The notes under the pieces are model-generated. The model did not search any database and was not told the origin of the DNA. It was given only the letters and a program-made list of their open reading frames with translations. The position numbers and the translations under genes were made by a program. A stretch of 64,000 bases of DNA from Candidatus Woesearchaeota archaeon (GTDB lineage Archaea; Nanobdellota; Nanobdellia; Pacearchaeales; GW2011-AR1). The DNA lies in the NCBI GenBank assembly GCA_964606775.1, contig CAZSGW010000003.1, forward strand, positions 13,335 through 77,334, written 5' to 3'. Position 1 is the first letter of the stretch; every line of letters starts with the position of its first letter. Shown piece by piece: positions 1 through 10,351 of the stretch.

Positions 1-17
1 ATGTTAGAAATTGTTGT

Positions 18-299
18 TTAATCTATTTCGTTTTTTTCTTTTGGATTATCGAATTTGCTCACACTCCACCGGACTATCAAAATTATCAGTGCAACTGTGA
101 CTATGCCAATTAAAAAGTATCCTATCGATGCGAAAAGGGTTATACTTGTTATTTCCTTTATTCCTCCGACTTTTTTTGATAGTGCCCATGAGAGAGTTCC
201 AATTAAAGCTAAAATTGCTAGTCCTGACCAAGTTGCTTTCAACATCTTTTTTTCTTTTTTAAAAATAAGTTTGGATATAGAATGTCGCTTATGCAACAC
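18..299 (-). CDS. small hydrophobic membrane protein (hypothetical)
   Basis: 93-aa ORF with two predicted TM stretches. It overlaps the next ORF by 61 bp in another frame, so one of the two may be spurious. Confidence 0.3.
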   Translation of the reverse strand: MLHKRHSISKLIFKKEKKMLKATWSGLAILALIGTLSWALSKKVGGIKEITSITLFASIGYFLIGIVTVALIILIVRWSVSKFDNPKEKNEID

Positions 300-835
300 G
301 GAATTATAACTGCTAGAAAAATTGTTATTGTTGATAAAATTAATGTCGTGGTTGTTAGTGTTTTACTAAATGTTATTAGGTAAGTCAAACTTGCGAAAAC
401 TGAAAGGAATACATGGATGAAGTGTGGAACTTTTGTTATCTTTTTTGAAATTCCTATCAGACATCCTATTAATGAGGCAGAGAGAATTAATGCTGGTTTT
501 TCTATTATTGGAAGATGAAATTCTGTTTGAAGGTTTAGCAGCATCCCTCCTAGATAAGGGAATAAAACATCACTTATTGTTCCAATTATTATTGAGCCAG
601 ATATTCCTATTAAAATTGCAAGAAGAATGTTTTTTTTATATTTTGAATAAATTCCCGCCGTTACTATTGCAGATGCAATTACGTGTAGAGGATGAAGTGT
701 GTGAAATACAGGTTCTGGAATTTCTTTACATAAAAATATTTTTACAAAAATTGCAATTATTATTGCGAGAATTGTTGCTGTAAGCGTGAATGGAATGTGC
801 TCTTTCACCTCTTTTGCTAGATTTTTTATGTTCAC
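239..835 (-). CDS. multi-pass membrane protein (hypothetical)
   Basis: 198-aa ORF with at least five hydrophobic segments rich in I/L/T. No recognisable catalytic motif. Confidence 0.4.
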   Translation of the reverse strand: MNIKNLAKEVKEHIPFTLTATILAIIIAIFVKIFLCKEIPEPVFHTLHPLHVIASAIVTAGIYSKYKKNILLAILIGISGSIIIGTISDVLFPYLGGMLLNLQTEFHLPIIEKPALILSASLIGCLIGISKKITKVPHFIHVFLSVFASLTYLITFSKTLTTTTLILSTITIFLAVIIPCCISDILYPNLFLKKKKRC

Positions 836-836
836 C

Positions 837-3284
837 TCAAAAATCCCCTAGAGTCATTTGTTTTTTGTTTTCTGTTATTTCTTTTATGTTTATGTTGAAA
901 ACTTGGAAAATATTTTCTATTGAAGGAAGAATTTGTTTGTTTAAATAATAATCTATGTCGTATTTTCCTTCTTCAATTGGCAACTTTACCTTTTCTCTAA
1001 CTAGTTTCTTCTTTTCTTTTGTTTCTGCAATATAGTATTCAATTAAGTTCCCGGCTGAAATTGGAATCTCTTTTTCTTTCATTTTTCTTGCTGCGATTAC
1101 GTGAGGGGAAATTGCTTTGTATTCGGAAAGAGGTTTTTTTAATTGAGTTTTTATTACTAGGTCTTCTTTTTTTATGTCCCTTGTTTTAAGTTTTTTTATT
1201 GTTTCTTTTAGGTATTCTAGTGCTTTTTTTTCGTTACCGTTTTTTAAGACTAATTCGATTATCTTGTTTTGTGTCTCTCTTGCTAATTTACACCAATCTC
1301 TTCTAACAGTTTCGAACCCTCTTATTTTTATTTTTCCGTTATCATCTATTAGGGCGTATTTCTTTTTTGCTCCAATTTTTCCTGAACGTTTTGTAACCCA
1401 TAGACCTCTTTTAAAAAATCCTTCTAATTCTAGTTCCATTATTCCAGGAAGTTTTGAATTTATTTTTTTAAGAAATTCTTTTACTTCTTTTTGGCTTTTA
1501 TTTTTTTGAAGAAATGCGATGGAATCTGTATCTGAATAAATTGTTTTGTAGCCTTCTTTATCTATTTCGTTTATTGCATCTTGAATTGCTTTTTTTGCAA
1601 ACGCGGCTGTTGCAGCTGCTGCTTCTCTGCAATAATATCTTGCTCCAAAAAATCCTTGGTATCCATAGGAAGCGTTTGCTAGAAGTTTGAATGCATTACT
1701 TCTTGCTTTTTTTAATACGTCTGGGTGAGTTTTCAATTCCTTCTTGAATTTTTTTCTTTTTTGAATTATCTCTTTTAGCATATTTGGAAAAAAACCTATT
1801 TCTTTTGTAAAATAAGATTTTTTTTCATCTATTTCTATTGAGTACGTGTTTTTTTCGGGTTTTTCAAGGAGAGTTGATTTTGAGAGGTTGTAGGTTACTA
1901 TTGTGCTTCCGTAACTACTTGTGAAATCGAAGAATACTACTTCTTCATATAGATTTGGAATTGGCTGGAAGACAAACGCACCCGCGTATTTTCCTTGTTT
2001 TTTTCTTTCAGAAATTTCTTTATATCCTGGTCGTCTTTCCGGAATTTCATCATATTCTTCTAATTTGTGTAAAATGTATGATTCAATATTTGAAGCCATC
2101 CCATTTCTTGTTACATTGAATAGTGGCTCTTGCATTACCTTTGTGAATTCTAAGATGTCTGGCCAGAATTTTTCAAATAGTTGATATGTTAAAACCGAGT
2201 CATGTAAATTGTATTCGTAGTAGTTTTTCCAGTTTTCTATTTTTGAAGAATGTTTTATTTTGAAATCTTTTTTTGTTTCTCCGAGAAATTCTTTTGAGAC
2301 TTCGTTTAGTGTTAGAGTTTCTGATTGCATGTATTGAGAGTATGCGGTTTTTATGAATTTTAATAAATCAACGTGAACTATCCCATTTATTTTTCCGGTC
2401 ATGCTTACCCCTCTTGAAAATTTTGGTCTTGAACCCTCTAACCCTAAACTTAGTTTTATGTTGTGTTTATCTGCTCTTGCTCTTAAATAAGGTAAATCGA
2501 AACCATCGGAAAAATATCCTGTTAGAATATCTGGGGAAACTTCTTTTACGCATTCTGTAAATTTTTCTAAGAGTTCTGCTTCGTCTTTGACAAGTTCTGT
2601 GTAGGAAGGCATATTCTTTGATTTTTTCCATGTTATAACTTTTTTGAAATTCTCTGAAACTAGAGAAACCATCAATATCTCTCCTGAACCTATTTTTAAT
2701 TCATCTGTTTCAATGTCATAAGCTAGAACTTTTGGTTTGAATTTTTTTTCTTTGAGAGGTTTTATTGTATTTACTTTCATGGTTAAATCCACATCGTATG
2801 CCATATCTATTCCGGAGTATTCTTGGGAATTGTTTAAGAGTTCTCCTTCTATTTCGTACTCGTGGAGTGGCTTTACTTTTTTCTCTATTATGTAATGTGT
2901 TATATATCCTATGTCATACCCCCTTCGTTTTTCTATCCCTTCCATATCTAGATTATCTGCAATTTCGTGTAAGTCTTTGTAATTTGTGGCAAAAATTTTC
3001 AATGCGTTTACTTTTTTCCCAAGGAAATTTTTTTCGTGTAGTTCTACTTTTTCTACTTTTGTTTTTCTTCCTTTTGTTTCAAGTTTTATTTTTTCAATCT
3101 TTTCTATTAGGGATGTTATTCTTGATTCGCTTAAATTGTCTTTTAGAATTGCCCATAAATAAACCGGGCACGAGTCGATTATTAATATTCTTCTTGATTT
3201 CTCATCTCTTCCGATTATTCTTGCATAATTTTTTCCTTGCCAATCGAAGTAATCGTAATCTATTGGAATGAATTTTGTTTTCAT
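837..3284 (-). CDS. polB: family B DNA polymerase
   Basis: 815 aa. Exonuclease motif YDIETD and polymerase motif YSDTDS (the YGDTDS equivalent) read directly in the translation, and the overall size fits archaeal PolB. Confidence 0.9.
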   Translation of the reverse strand: MKTKFIPIDYDYFDWQGKNYARIIGRDEKSRRILIIDSCPVYLWAILKDNLSESRITSLIEKIEKIKLETKGRKTKVEKVELHEKNFLGKKVNALKIFATNYKDLHEIADNLDMEGIEKRRGYDIGYITHYIIEKKVKPLHEYEIEGELLNNSQEYSGIDMAYDVDLTMKVNTIKPLKEKKFKPKVLAYDIETDELKIGSGEILMVSLVSENFKKVITWKKSKNMPSYTELVKDEAELLEKFTECVKEVSPDILTGYFSDGFDLPYLRARADKHNIKLSLGLEGSRPKFSRGVSMTGKINGIVHVDLLKFIKTAYSQYMQSETLTLNEVSKEFLGETKKDFKIKHSSKIENWKNYYEYNLHDSVLTYQLFEKFWPDILEFTKVMQEPLFNVTRNGMASNIESYILHKLEEYDEIPERRPGYKEISERKKQGKYAGAFVFQPIPNLYEEVVFFDFTSSYGSTIVTYNLSKSTLLEKPEKNTYSIEIDEKKSYFTKEIGFFPNMLKEIIQKRKKFKKELKTHPDVLKKARSNAFKLLANASYGYQGFFGARYYCREAAAATAAFAKKAIQDAINEIDKEGYKTIYSDTDSIAFLQKNKSQKEVKEFLKKINSKLPGIMELELEGFFKRGLWVTKRSGKIGAKKKYALIDDNGKIKIRGFETVRRDWCKLARETQNKIIELVLKNGNEKKALEYLKETIKKLKTRDIKKEDLVIKTQLKKPLSEYKAISPHVIAARKMKEKEIPISAGNLIEYYIAETKEKKKLVREKVKLPIEEGKYDIDYYLNKQILPSIENIFQVFNINIKEITENKKQMTLGDF

Positions 3285-3308
3285 GTTTATAGAATGTATG
3301 CTGAGTTT

Positions 3309-3659
3309 TTATAATTGATTGTTAATTTCATTTAGAAAGTAATTTTTTATTTCAGTGTAGCCTTTTTCTATAGATTTTTTTTGTTTTTCTAATCTTCCTG
3401 GAAGAAGATATTCTATTTTATTTGTTATTTCAATTAATATTTCTTTATCTTTTATGTAATAGTCAAGATGTATCCCTCCTTTTTGACTTGGATAACTTAG
3501 AGGAATTAGTCCAGTTTCGTTATACATTTTTTTTAAGAATTTTATGCTTGTTTCTATATTGGATGTTTTTGTTTTTTTAGCTTTATATCCGTTCCATTTT
3601 GCTTCTAATTTTTGAAAGTTTTCTATTTCTAAAATTGTTTCTTCGAGTGATTTCTCCAT
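3309..3659 (-). CDS. hypothetical protein
   Basis: 116-aa ORF with coding-like composition and no recognisable motif. Confidence 0.4.
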   Translation of the reverse strand: MEKSLEETILEIENFQKLEAKWNGYKAKKTKTSNIETSIKFLKKMYNETGLIPLSYPSQKGGIHLDYYIKDKEILIEITNKIEYLLPGRLEKQKKSIEKGYTEIKNYFLNEINNQL

Positions 3660-3704
3660 TGATTTTATTGTGTTCTGGAGTATAGAAAGCTTTATATATC
3701 ACTA

Positions 3705-4283
3705 ATGAATAGTAACTATATGATTCGAGAGCCTTTGGAAAGCAGATTGAAAGGTATAGAAAATTTAAAAGATGACGTTTATATCGCTTTTTCTCATGAA
3801 CGTTATAATCCTGAGAATCGTAAGTTTGATTTAAGGGGAATTAATGGCACATTAAGAGATATTAATTCTTATCTTGACAATAGATTTGATTTTAGTAAAA
3901 ATACTTGTAGGTCTATTTCGGCTACATTTGGATTGCCTATGATGAAGAGAGCGATTTATGGTGCAATGAGTCTTGGAAAATTACCTAAAGAATATTTATC
4001 TAAATTTAATGATTGGGAAAAGACTTATCTTTTATTTGGTAGGTGGGATATTAAAGTTCCTGATTTTAGTAAGTCTCTCGAAAATTTTAGTCTGGAACAT
4101 TTGTCTAAAGGTGTTTCCCTGATTAAAAGGAGAAAAAAGATTCCTGAAAATATGCATAGAAATGGAGGGGATGAGAGGATTCCCTTTTCTAAAGAGATTA
4201 AAAAATTGTATCTAAATCGTATTGAGGGTGAAGATGTTCTTTTTAAGAAAAAGTCTGTTGCAAAACAATTGTATTTATTTTAG
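3705..4283 (+). CDS. hypothetical protein
   Basis: 192-aa ORF between polB and fen with no recognisable motif. Confidence 0.4.
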   Translation: MNSNYMIREPLESRLKGIENLKDDVYIAFSHERYNPENRKFDLRGINGTLRDINSYLDNRFDFSKNTCRSISATFGLPMMKRAIYGAMSLGKLPKEYLSKFNDWEKTYLLFGRWDIKVPDFSKSLENFSLEHLSKGVSLIKRRKKIPENMHRNGGDERIPFSKEIKKLYLNRIEGEDVLFKKKSVAKQLYLF

Positions 4284-4317
4284 TTAAATATTTATATTTC
4301 TGATTTTTGGTTCTTTT

Positions 4318-5358
4318 ATGGGATTAAGTATTAAGGATATCATTCCTCGGAAGGAAATTGAAATCAAGGATTTGAATAATAATGTTGTTTGTGTTGATGC
4401 GTTCAATATTTTATATCAGTTTTTGTCAACTATTCGGCAACCGGATGGGACGCCTTTGATGGATTCGAAAAAGAGGATTACTAGCCATTTATCGGGAATT
4501 TTTTATCGAAATATTAATTTGCTTTCTAATGGTGTTAAATTGGTTTATGTTTTTGACGGCAAGCCTCCGGAATTGAAATCTAAGACCCATAAAAAAAGGG
4601 GTTCTTTGAGAGAAGTTGCTAAGGAGAAGTATGAGTCTGCGAAGGCAGAGGAAGATATCGAAGGCATGAAAAGATATGGAAGTCAGTTGTTAAGATTGGA
4701 TGGAGAGATGATTGAAGAGAGTAAAGAACTACTTGAGGCTATGGGAATTCCCGTTATTCAAGCGCCTTCGGAAGGTGAGGCGGAAGCGGCTTATTTGAAT
4801 AGGCACAGGGAAGATGTTTATGCAGTTGTTAGTCAAGATTACGATGCTTTGCTTTTTGGTGCAAAGAGACTTATTCGGAATTTTGGAATTTCTCGAAGGA
4901 AAAAGACTTATTCTGGTTACATTGAAATTAAACCAGAGATTATAGATCTGGATTTGGTTTTGAATTATTTGGAAATAAGCTTGGACCAATTAATTTGTTT
5001 GGGAATTTTAGTTGGAACTGATTATAATCCTAAAGGTGTTCCGAGAATTGGACAGAAAAAAGCTTTAGATATTGTAAAGAGATATAAAACTCCGTATGAA
5101 ATTTTTAAAAGTGTTGAAGAGCAAATTATGAGTTTAGATGAAGAAGATAGATTTGATTGGAAAGAAATTTTTGAGTTGTTTCATAAACCAGCGGTAAAGA
5201 ATTTTGATTTTGAATTTAAAGATATGGATGAAGAAAAAATAAAAGAAATTTTAGTTAAGAAACATGATTTTTCTGAGAATAGAGTTTCAAAGCAGATTGA
5301 TAAATTAAAAGAAGTTATTAAGAAATCCAAACAAAAAGGATTGGATAGGTGGTTCTAA
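4318..5358 (+). CDS. fen: flap endonuclease 1 (FEN-1)
   Basis: 346 aa. The N-terminus MGLSIKDIIPRKEIEIKDL...VCVDAFNILYQFL...VYVFDGKPPELK is the conserved FEN-1/XPG N- and I-region signature. Confidence 0.9.
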   Translation: MGLSIKDIIPRKEIEIKDLNNNVVCVDAFNILYQFLSTIRQPDGTPLMDSKKRITSHLSGIFYRNINLLSNGVKLVYVFDGKPPELKSKTHKKRGSLREVAKEKYESAKAEEDIEGMKRYGSQLLRLDGEMIEESKELLEAMGIPVIQAPSEGEAEAAYLNRHREDVYAVVSQDYDALLFGAKRLIRNFGISRRKKTYSGYIEIKPEIIDLDLVLNYLEISLDQLICLGILVGTDYNPKGVPRIGQKKALDIVKRYKTPYEIFKSVEEQIMSLDEEDRFDWKEIFELFHKPAVKNFDFEFKDMDEEKIKEILVKKHDFSENRVSKQIDKLKEVIKKSKQKGLDRWF

Positions 5359-5430
5359 GACTTTCCGAAAGCGGATTCAAACATTGCTTCGCAAGTTTGC
5401 ATAAAGGGTTAAATAAGTGGTTTTAGATGT

Positions 5431-6486
5431 TTAAGGACGTGCAGCTCCGAATTTTATGACATCTCTTCCCAATTCTTTAAAATATTTTTTATATTTTTTA
5501 GGAATCTTTTTTTCAACTTTGCTTCCTGCTGAGGCTATCCCTCTTCCCATTTTTCTTCCTGCCTTATTCCATGCTTGTTTTTGTCTTGCAAGTTTTTCTG
5601 CTTTTTTTCTTGCTTTTGCTTCTTTTCTTTTTTGTTTTTTTAAATCTCTAATTGATTTTGCATTTTGTTCAATTCCTCGTTCATCCGCAAATTTGTTTCT
5701 CGCCTTTCTTAATTGTTTTTCTTTTCTTTTCTTTTCTTTTTTTGCTTTTCTTTTTGCTAATTTTTCTTTTAGTTTTTTATGTTCTTCCGGTGTTCCAAGT
5801 AGAGTATGTTTAAGATTTCTTCCAACTCTTGAGCCATGATATCCGATTTTGTTTCCTGCTTTGTTCCATTGTTTCCTCGCCTTTTCTTCTCTTTTTGCCT
5901 GTTTTTTATCATGTTTCCATTTTTCATAGTTACTCATTTCTCCATATTTTCTGTTTTTCACTTTTTTTCTGTGGATTTTGTATCCTATTAGAAAAATTAT
6001 GATTCCTATTGTGATTAGTGCTCCTTTTGAATAAACCCAGTCTGTGAATGTTGCTATAAGTATTGCTGTTATTCCAGCAATCATTAAGACTCTGTTCCAT
6101 CCGAATCTCCAACCCAACAAAATGAAACCTGCCGTTAATAAGAATGGCATAAGCGTATTTAATAGCCCGTCTAGGAAAGGTGTTGCGTAGAGTATGGAGT
6201 CAAGATTTATTGAGGGACTTTTAACCATCCAGTATATAGAAAGTGCCGAAATACAGAATGCGATTATTGTTCTTATTGTGTTATTTTCTTTGAAAAGCGT
6301 TTTTCCCAGAACGAACATTAAAACAGCAAAAAAGATTATGAATAAAATTCCGTAAACTACGAATGAAGAATCTACGTTATAAAATAAACTTCTAAAGTCG
6401 AAATTTGTGTAAGTTGAGGAGATAGCACTTGTAAATTTGAGTGATAGTAACCCCATTAATGCTCCTAAAATACCTCTTTTTTCCAT
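5431..6486 (-). CDS. membrane protein with long Lys/Arg/Glu-rich C-terminal tail
   Basis: 351 aa. The N-terminal ~175 aa have 5-6 TM helices. The C-terminal ~170 aa are a low-complexity charged tail (KKQKRKEAKARKKAEKLARQKQ...). Confidence 0.5.
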   Translation of the reverse strand: MEKRGILGALMGLLSLKFTSAISSTYTNFDFRSLFYNVDSSFVVYGILFIIFFAVLMFVLGKTLFKENNTIRTIIAFCISALSIYWMVKSPSINLDSILYATPFLDGLLNTLMPFLLTAGFILLGWRFGWNRVLMIAGITAILIATFTDWVYSKGALITIGIIIFLIGYKIHRKKVKNRKYGEMSNYEKWKHDKKQAKREEKARKQWNKAGNKIGYHGSRVGRNLKHTLLGTPEEHKKLKEKLAKRKAKKEKKRKEKQLRKARNKFADERGIEQNAKSIRDLKKQKRKEAKARKKAEKLARQKQAWNKAGRKMGRGIASAGSKVEKKIPKKYKKYFKELGRDVIKFGAARP

Positions 6487-6560
6487 ATTAAAATTATGGA
6501 TTATATTTTTATAAAGTTATCTTAAATAAAAACCTTTAAAATTTGTTTTTGGTTCTTTGA

Positions 6561-7346
6561 TTGATGAAACATAGAAGTTTTAATGTTTTGGGAAATATTG
6601 CTGTAATTAATTTTTCAGATGATGTTAAATTAAAAGAAAAGAAAAAGTTTGCTCAGGAAATTTTAGCTAAACATTCAAATATAAAAACAGTTGTTGAAAA
6701 ATCAGAAAAGTTTTCTGGAAGGCTGAGAAAAATGCAGACTCGTCATTTAGCTGGAGAAAAAAATAAAGAGGTTTTGTATAAAGAAAACAATTGTGTTTTT
6801 AGATTTAATATTGATACAACTTATTTCTCTCCAAGATTATCTAATGAAAGAAAAGAGATTGCAGGGAAAATTAAGAAAGGAGATGATGTTTTGGTTATGT
6901 TTGCTGGTGTTGCACCATTTTCAATTGTTATTGCTAGAAATTCAAATGTAAAAAGGGTTGTTTCCAATGAAATTAATAGGGAGGCGAATAAATATGCTAA
7001 ATTGAATATTGAGTTGAATAAAGTTAAAGAAAAGGTTGAATTGGTTCCAGGAGATATTAAGAGATTAGTTAAACAAAGTAAATTAGGTGAAAAATTTGAT
7101 GTTATTGTTATGCCGCGTCCTAATTTGAAGGATAGTTTTTTACAAGAAGCCTTTAAGTTGTCAAAAAAGGGAACACGAATTTTTTATTATGGTTTTTGTA
7201 AGGTTGATGAGATTGAAGATATTATTGATAAAATTAAAACAGAAGCTAAGAAAGCCAAGAAGAAAATTAAAATTTTGAATAAAAAAACAGCAGGTGAAAT
7301 TGCTCCCTATAAAATTAGGTTAAGAGTTGATTTTAAGCTATTTTAA
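6561..7346 (+). CDS. tRNA (m1G37) methyltransferase Trm5/TYW2 family
   Basis: 261 aa. N-terminal FNVLGNIAVINF fits the FDVIGDIAIV-type motif, and VLVMFAGVAPFSI is a SAM-binding-like motif typical of archaeal Trm5b/Taw22. Confidence 0.6.
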   Translation: MMKHRSFNVLGNIAVINFSDDVKLKEKKKFAQEILAKHSNIKTVVEKSEKFSGRLRKMQTRHLAGEKNKEVLYKENNCVFRFNIDTTYFSPRLSNERKEIAGKIKKGDDVLVMFAGVAPFSIVIARNSNVKRVVSNEINREANKYAKLNIELNKVKEKVELVPGDIKRLVKQSKLGEKFDVIVMPRPNLKDSFLQEAFKLSKKGTRIFYYGFCKVDEIEDIIDKIKTEAKKAKKKIKILNKKTAGEIAPYKIRLRVDFKLF

Positions 7347-7671
7347 CTCTATTTAAGATATATTCTGTTTCTTTATCTAAATCTTTTTCTAATTCAGAAG
7401 GGAATTTTTTATGTTTTTCACAAATTTCTATTAAATCTTTTTTATTTCCATCAAATGCTGAGAGTTTTTTAGAAGGGACCCCAATATCATAATTTATTTT
7501 ATTTGCAATGTATTTGAAACTTAGTTTGGGTAAAAGTGGAGAAATTATTTTTTTAATATAATTTGAGGTATTGTATATACTACCTTTTATTATTCCTGGC
7601 CCTTGAATGTTTTTATAATTGTCCATGAAAAATCTATTATGGTTTAGTTTAAAAGAATTTATATGTTCCAA
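7333..7671 (-). CDS. hypothetical protein
   Basis: 112-aa ORF immediately downstream of the HerA-like ATPase on the same strand. Confidence 0.35.
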   Translation of the reverse strand: MEHINSFKLNHNRFFMDNYKNIQGPGIIKGSIYNTSNYIKKIISPLLPKLSFKYIANKINYDIGVPSKKLSAFDGNKKDLIEICEKHKKFPSELEKDLDKETEYILNRVKIA

Positions 7672-7683
7672 AATATCTTTGAT

Positions 7684-9009
7684 TTATAATTTCTTTTCTT
7701 TTCTAATTGCCATTGGAGCCTCACCACCATGCCAGGTAAATCTTGGATGAACTCTCATGGGGTAAATTCTTTCTGAATTGTCGTCGAGGATTATCGCTGA
7801 ACCTTTTAGTGCTGGAAGGTCGTTCATGTATTGTCCGATACTTTCTAACATATAACTTTGCATTATTTTATTTAATGCTCCTAAATCTTGGGCTGAAGTA
7901 ACTCTGTGTGATAACACAATGTCTGATTGGGTCATGACATCTCCATGAATTTTTCCGGGTTGTTGTGTTGCCATTACCATAGAAATTCCGGGTTGTCTTC
8001 CTTCTCTTAGTAGTTGGACAAGCGAATCTGTTGCAATACTTTTTCCGTCTAGAGGGAGGAATTCGTGTGCTTCATCAATGAACATCCATACTAAAGGCAT
8101 TTCTTTTTTTTCTGTATTTCCTGAAATATCAAATCTTTTTACGATTGAAGAGATTTCCTCTTTTTTTCTTGCTGCCATTCTTTGTTGAAATAATTTTCTT
8201 GAGACGATACTTACTGTTAGTGCTCTTACATTAAAACTTCCTATTGGACTATATACACTTAAATCCAAAATTGTTGTCATTCCTCCTGTAACGAGGTCGG
8301 TTATTTTTGTGGGTTTCATTGTTTTTTTTGCAAATATTCCCCAGGAGTCTGCTGATTCAAATAACCCTATCGCAGCATTTATTGATTCTTTTGAACTTCG
8401 TGAATCTTTGTCTATCTCTTTTGTTATATCTGAAATATCAAATTTTTTCCCTGTTTCTTTTAGATTATTTACTGCTGTTTCTACCGCCACTCCAACTGGG
8501 TCTGTTAGTTTTAGTCCAAATGTTAAAATCCAATCTTCTGCATTCATTTCTCTAACATCTAATGCGAATGCTTCGTCTACAGGAATTCCTTTTTCTAGGT
8601 GGTCCTCAAAATATCCATAGGGGACGAAAATTTTTATTGGAAGATTTTTTGCACTCATATTCCATTCGTCAAGTAATTCGGTATCCTTTTCGTTTTGGTA
8701 TTTCATAGTCCAATAAATTCCCATTGTATCAAACATTAATGAAGCAACATTTTGACTAACTTCTTTTGGAAGATTAGAAAGCTGTTCTGCTAAAACTCCG
8801 AGGGTATAGGATTTACCTGAACCTCTTTTACCCGCAACTAACATTACGTGTGTTCTAACGACATCTAAAAATATTTTATTACTTAGGGAAGTATATTGTC
8901 CCATTTTTACGAAACCTTTTCCAATGTAAACTAGTCCTCTATCTCCGAATTCTTTTTTGTCTGATTCGTTCCTCCCAATAATTATGTCGTATGCCATAAT
9001 GAAAAACAC
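7684..9009 (-). CDS. HerA/FtsK-like P-loop ATPase (DUF87 family)
   Basis: 441 aa. Walker A reads VAGKRGSGKSYTLG and a Walker B-like WMFIDEAHEF is present, in the arrangement typical of archaeal COG0433 ATPases. Confidence 0.65.
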   Translation of the reverse strand: MFFIMAYDIIIGRNESDKKEFGDRGLVYIGKGFVKMGQYTSLSNKIFLDVVRTHVMLVAGKRGSGKSYTLGVLAEQLSNLPKEVSQNVASLMFDTMGIYWTMKYQNEKDTELLDEWNMSAKNLPIKIFVPYGYFEDHLEKGIPVDEAFALDVREMNAEDWILTFGLKLTDPVGVAVETAVNNLKETGKKFDISDITKEIDKDSRSSKESINAAIGLFESADSWGIFAKKTMKPTKITDLVTGGMTTILDLSVYSPIGSFNVRALTVSIVSRKLFQQRMAARKKEEISSIVKRFDISGNTEKKEMPLVWMFIDEAHEFLPLDGKSIATDSLVQLLREGRQPGISMVMATQQPGKIHGDVMTQSDIVLSHRVTSAQDLGALNKIMQSYMLESIGQYMNDLPALKGSAIILDDNSERIYPMRVHPRFTWHGGEAPMAIRKEKKL

Positions 9010-9142
9010 CTCATTTGTATCTTATCTCTTTTTTTCATGTTAAAACTTAGTTAAGTTGATTTTAATACTTTTTTATGTTTGATTGAGATTATATGTTATT
9101 TTTACAAAAAACTTTATAAAGGCGTTTTAGTTTGGCATTGTT

Positions 9143-10072
9143 ATGGAGAGTGAAAAGAATAAGGAATCTCAAAAAAAATCAAAGGAGTCTTTGGTTACAA
9201 AACAAATTAGAGAGAATCCTTGGATGTTATCTACACTTGTTTTAGGTATTTTGGTTTTAATTCTTGTTATTGGAAGCACTAATGTTGCAGGTAATGTTGT
9301 TTCTGAAGATGAAATAGGAGGCGCGGTTGTTTCATATTTTGAAGATCAAGGTGCTTCAGGTTTGGAATTAGTTTCTGCGGAGGAAGTGCAAGGTCTTTAC
9401 GAAGTTAAGACGAACTACATGGGTCAAAAGATTCCTTTTTATGTTACTAAAACTGGTTATCTGATTGCAGGTAACGAGTTAGTTCCTTTATTTGGGGAAG
9501 AGAAAGGATTGGATAAGGCTGCCGTACCAGTTGTTGAATTATTTGTTATGACACATTGTCCTTACGGAACTCAGGCTGAGAAAGGTATCATTCCTGTTTT
9601 TGAAGAGTTAGGTGATTCTATTGAAGGCAAAATTAGATTTGTTCATTATTTTATGCATGAACCTGAGGAGACTGAAACTCCGATACAACTTTGTATTAGA
9701 GAAGAACAATCTGAAAAGTATTTGGATTATTTGAAATGTTTCTTAGAAGACGGGGATTCAGAGAGATGTCAAACTGAGACAGGTATAGATAAGACTGCTT
9801 TACAAGATTGTATTGATTCTGGAAGAGCTGATGAGTATTATGCCGAGGACTCTGCTTTAAGTCAAGAATATGGTGTTCAGGGAAGCCCTACTTTAGTTAT
9901 TAATGGAGAGCAAGTTAATTCAGGAAGGGACCCAGTTTCCTATCTAGATTCAATTTGCGTGGCATTTAGTGATGTTCCTGAAGAGTGTGGAAGTGAACTT
10001 TCTTCGGAAGCTCCTTCTCCAGGGTTTGGATGGGAAGGAACAGGAAGTTCTAGTGGCGCTCAGTGCGGTTAG
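9143..10072 (+). CDS. membrane-anchored extracytoplasmic protein, possible thioredoxin-like fold
   Basis: 309 aa. N-terminal TM anchor, a monothiol CPYG motif in place of CxxC, and a Cys-rich acidic C-terminus. The fold assignment is tentative. Confidence 0.35.
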   Translation: MESEKNKESQKKSKESLVTKQIRENPWMLSTLVLGILVLILVIGSTNVAGNVVSEDEIGGAVVSYFEDQGASGLELVSAEEVQGLYEVKTNYMGQKIPFYVTKTGYLIAGNELVPLFGEEKGLDKAAVPVVELFVMTHCPYGTQAEKGIIPVFEELGDSIEGKIRFVHYFMHEPEETETPIQLCIREEQSEKYLDYLKCFLEDGDSERCQTETGIDKTALQDCIDSGRADEYYAEDSALSQEYGVQGSPTLVINGEQVNSGRDPVSYLDSICVAFSDVPEECGSELSSEAPSPGFGWEGTGSSSGAQCG

Positions 10073-10114
10073 ATTATATAAATTCTTATAAATATATTTT
10101 TTTATTTTTGTTTA

Positions 10115-10351
10115 ATGGTTAAAGATAAAAAAGTTTCTGGTTTAGCTAAACATCTTTATAAGGTGTTTCCAAATATTGCAAAGGGTTATGAGGCTGCCAG
10201 AAGGGTCTATGAAAAACAGCGTAATCCAAATTTAATTACCTTGACTCATTGGGGAGGTTCTTTTTTTGCAGGAGTTGGAATGTATGAACTCCTTAATTCT
10301 AGAAAAGTCAATAAGTATAATTCAAATAGGAAAGATTATTTCACTAAATAA
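10115..10351 (+). CDS. hypothetical protein
   Basis: 78-aa ORF. Confidence 0.3.
   Translation: MVKDKKVSGLAKHLYKVFPNIAKGYEAARRVYEKQRNPNLITLTHWGGSFFAGVGMYELLNSRKVNKYNSNRKDYFTK

Noticed and set aside
1174-3271. Plus-strand ORFs (1174-1509, 1921-2184, 2765-3271) inside polB.
   Set aside because: They lie antisense to a strongly supported 815-aa polymerase gene. Their low-complexity translations are typical of shadow ORFs in AT-rich DNA.
5456-5839. 127-aa plus-strand ORF inside the 5431-6486 gene.
   Set aside because: Antisense shadow of the Lys-rich tail-encoding region. Its F/L/S-rich low-complexity translation is the mirror of poly-K/E codons.
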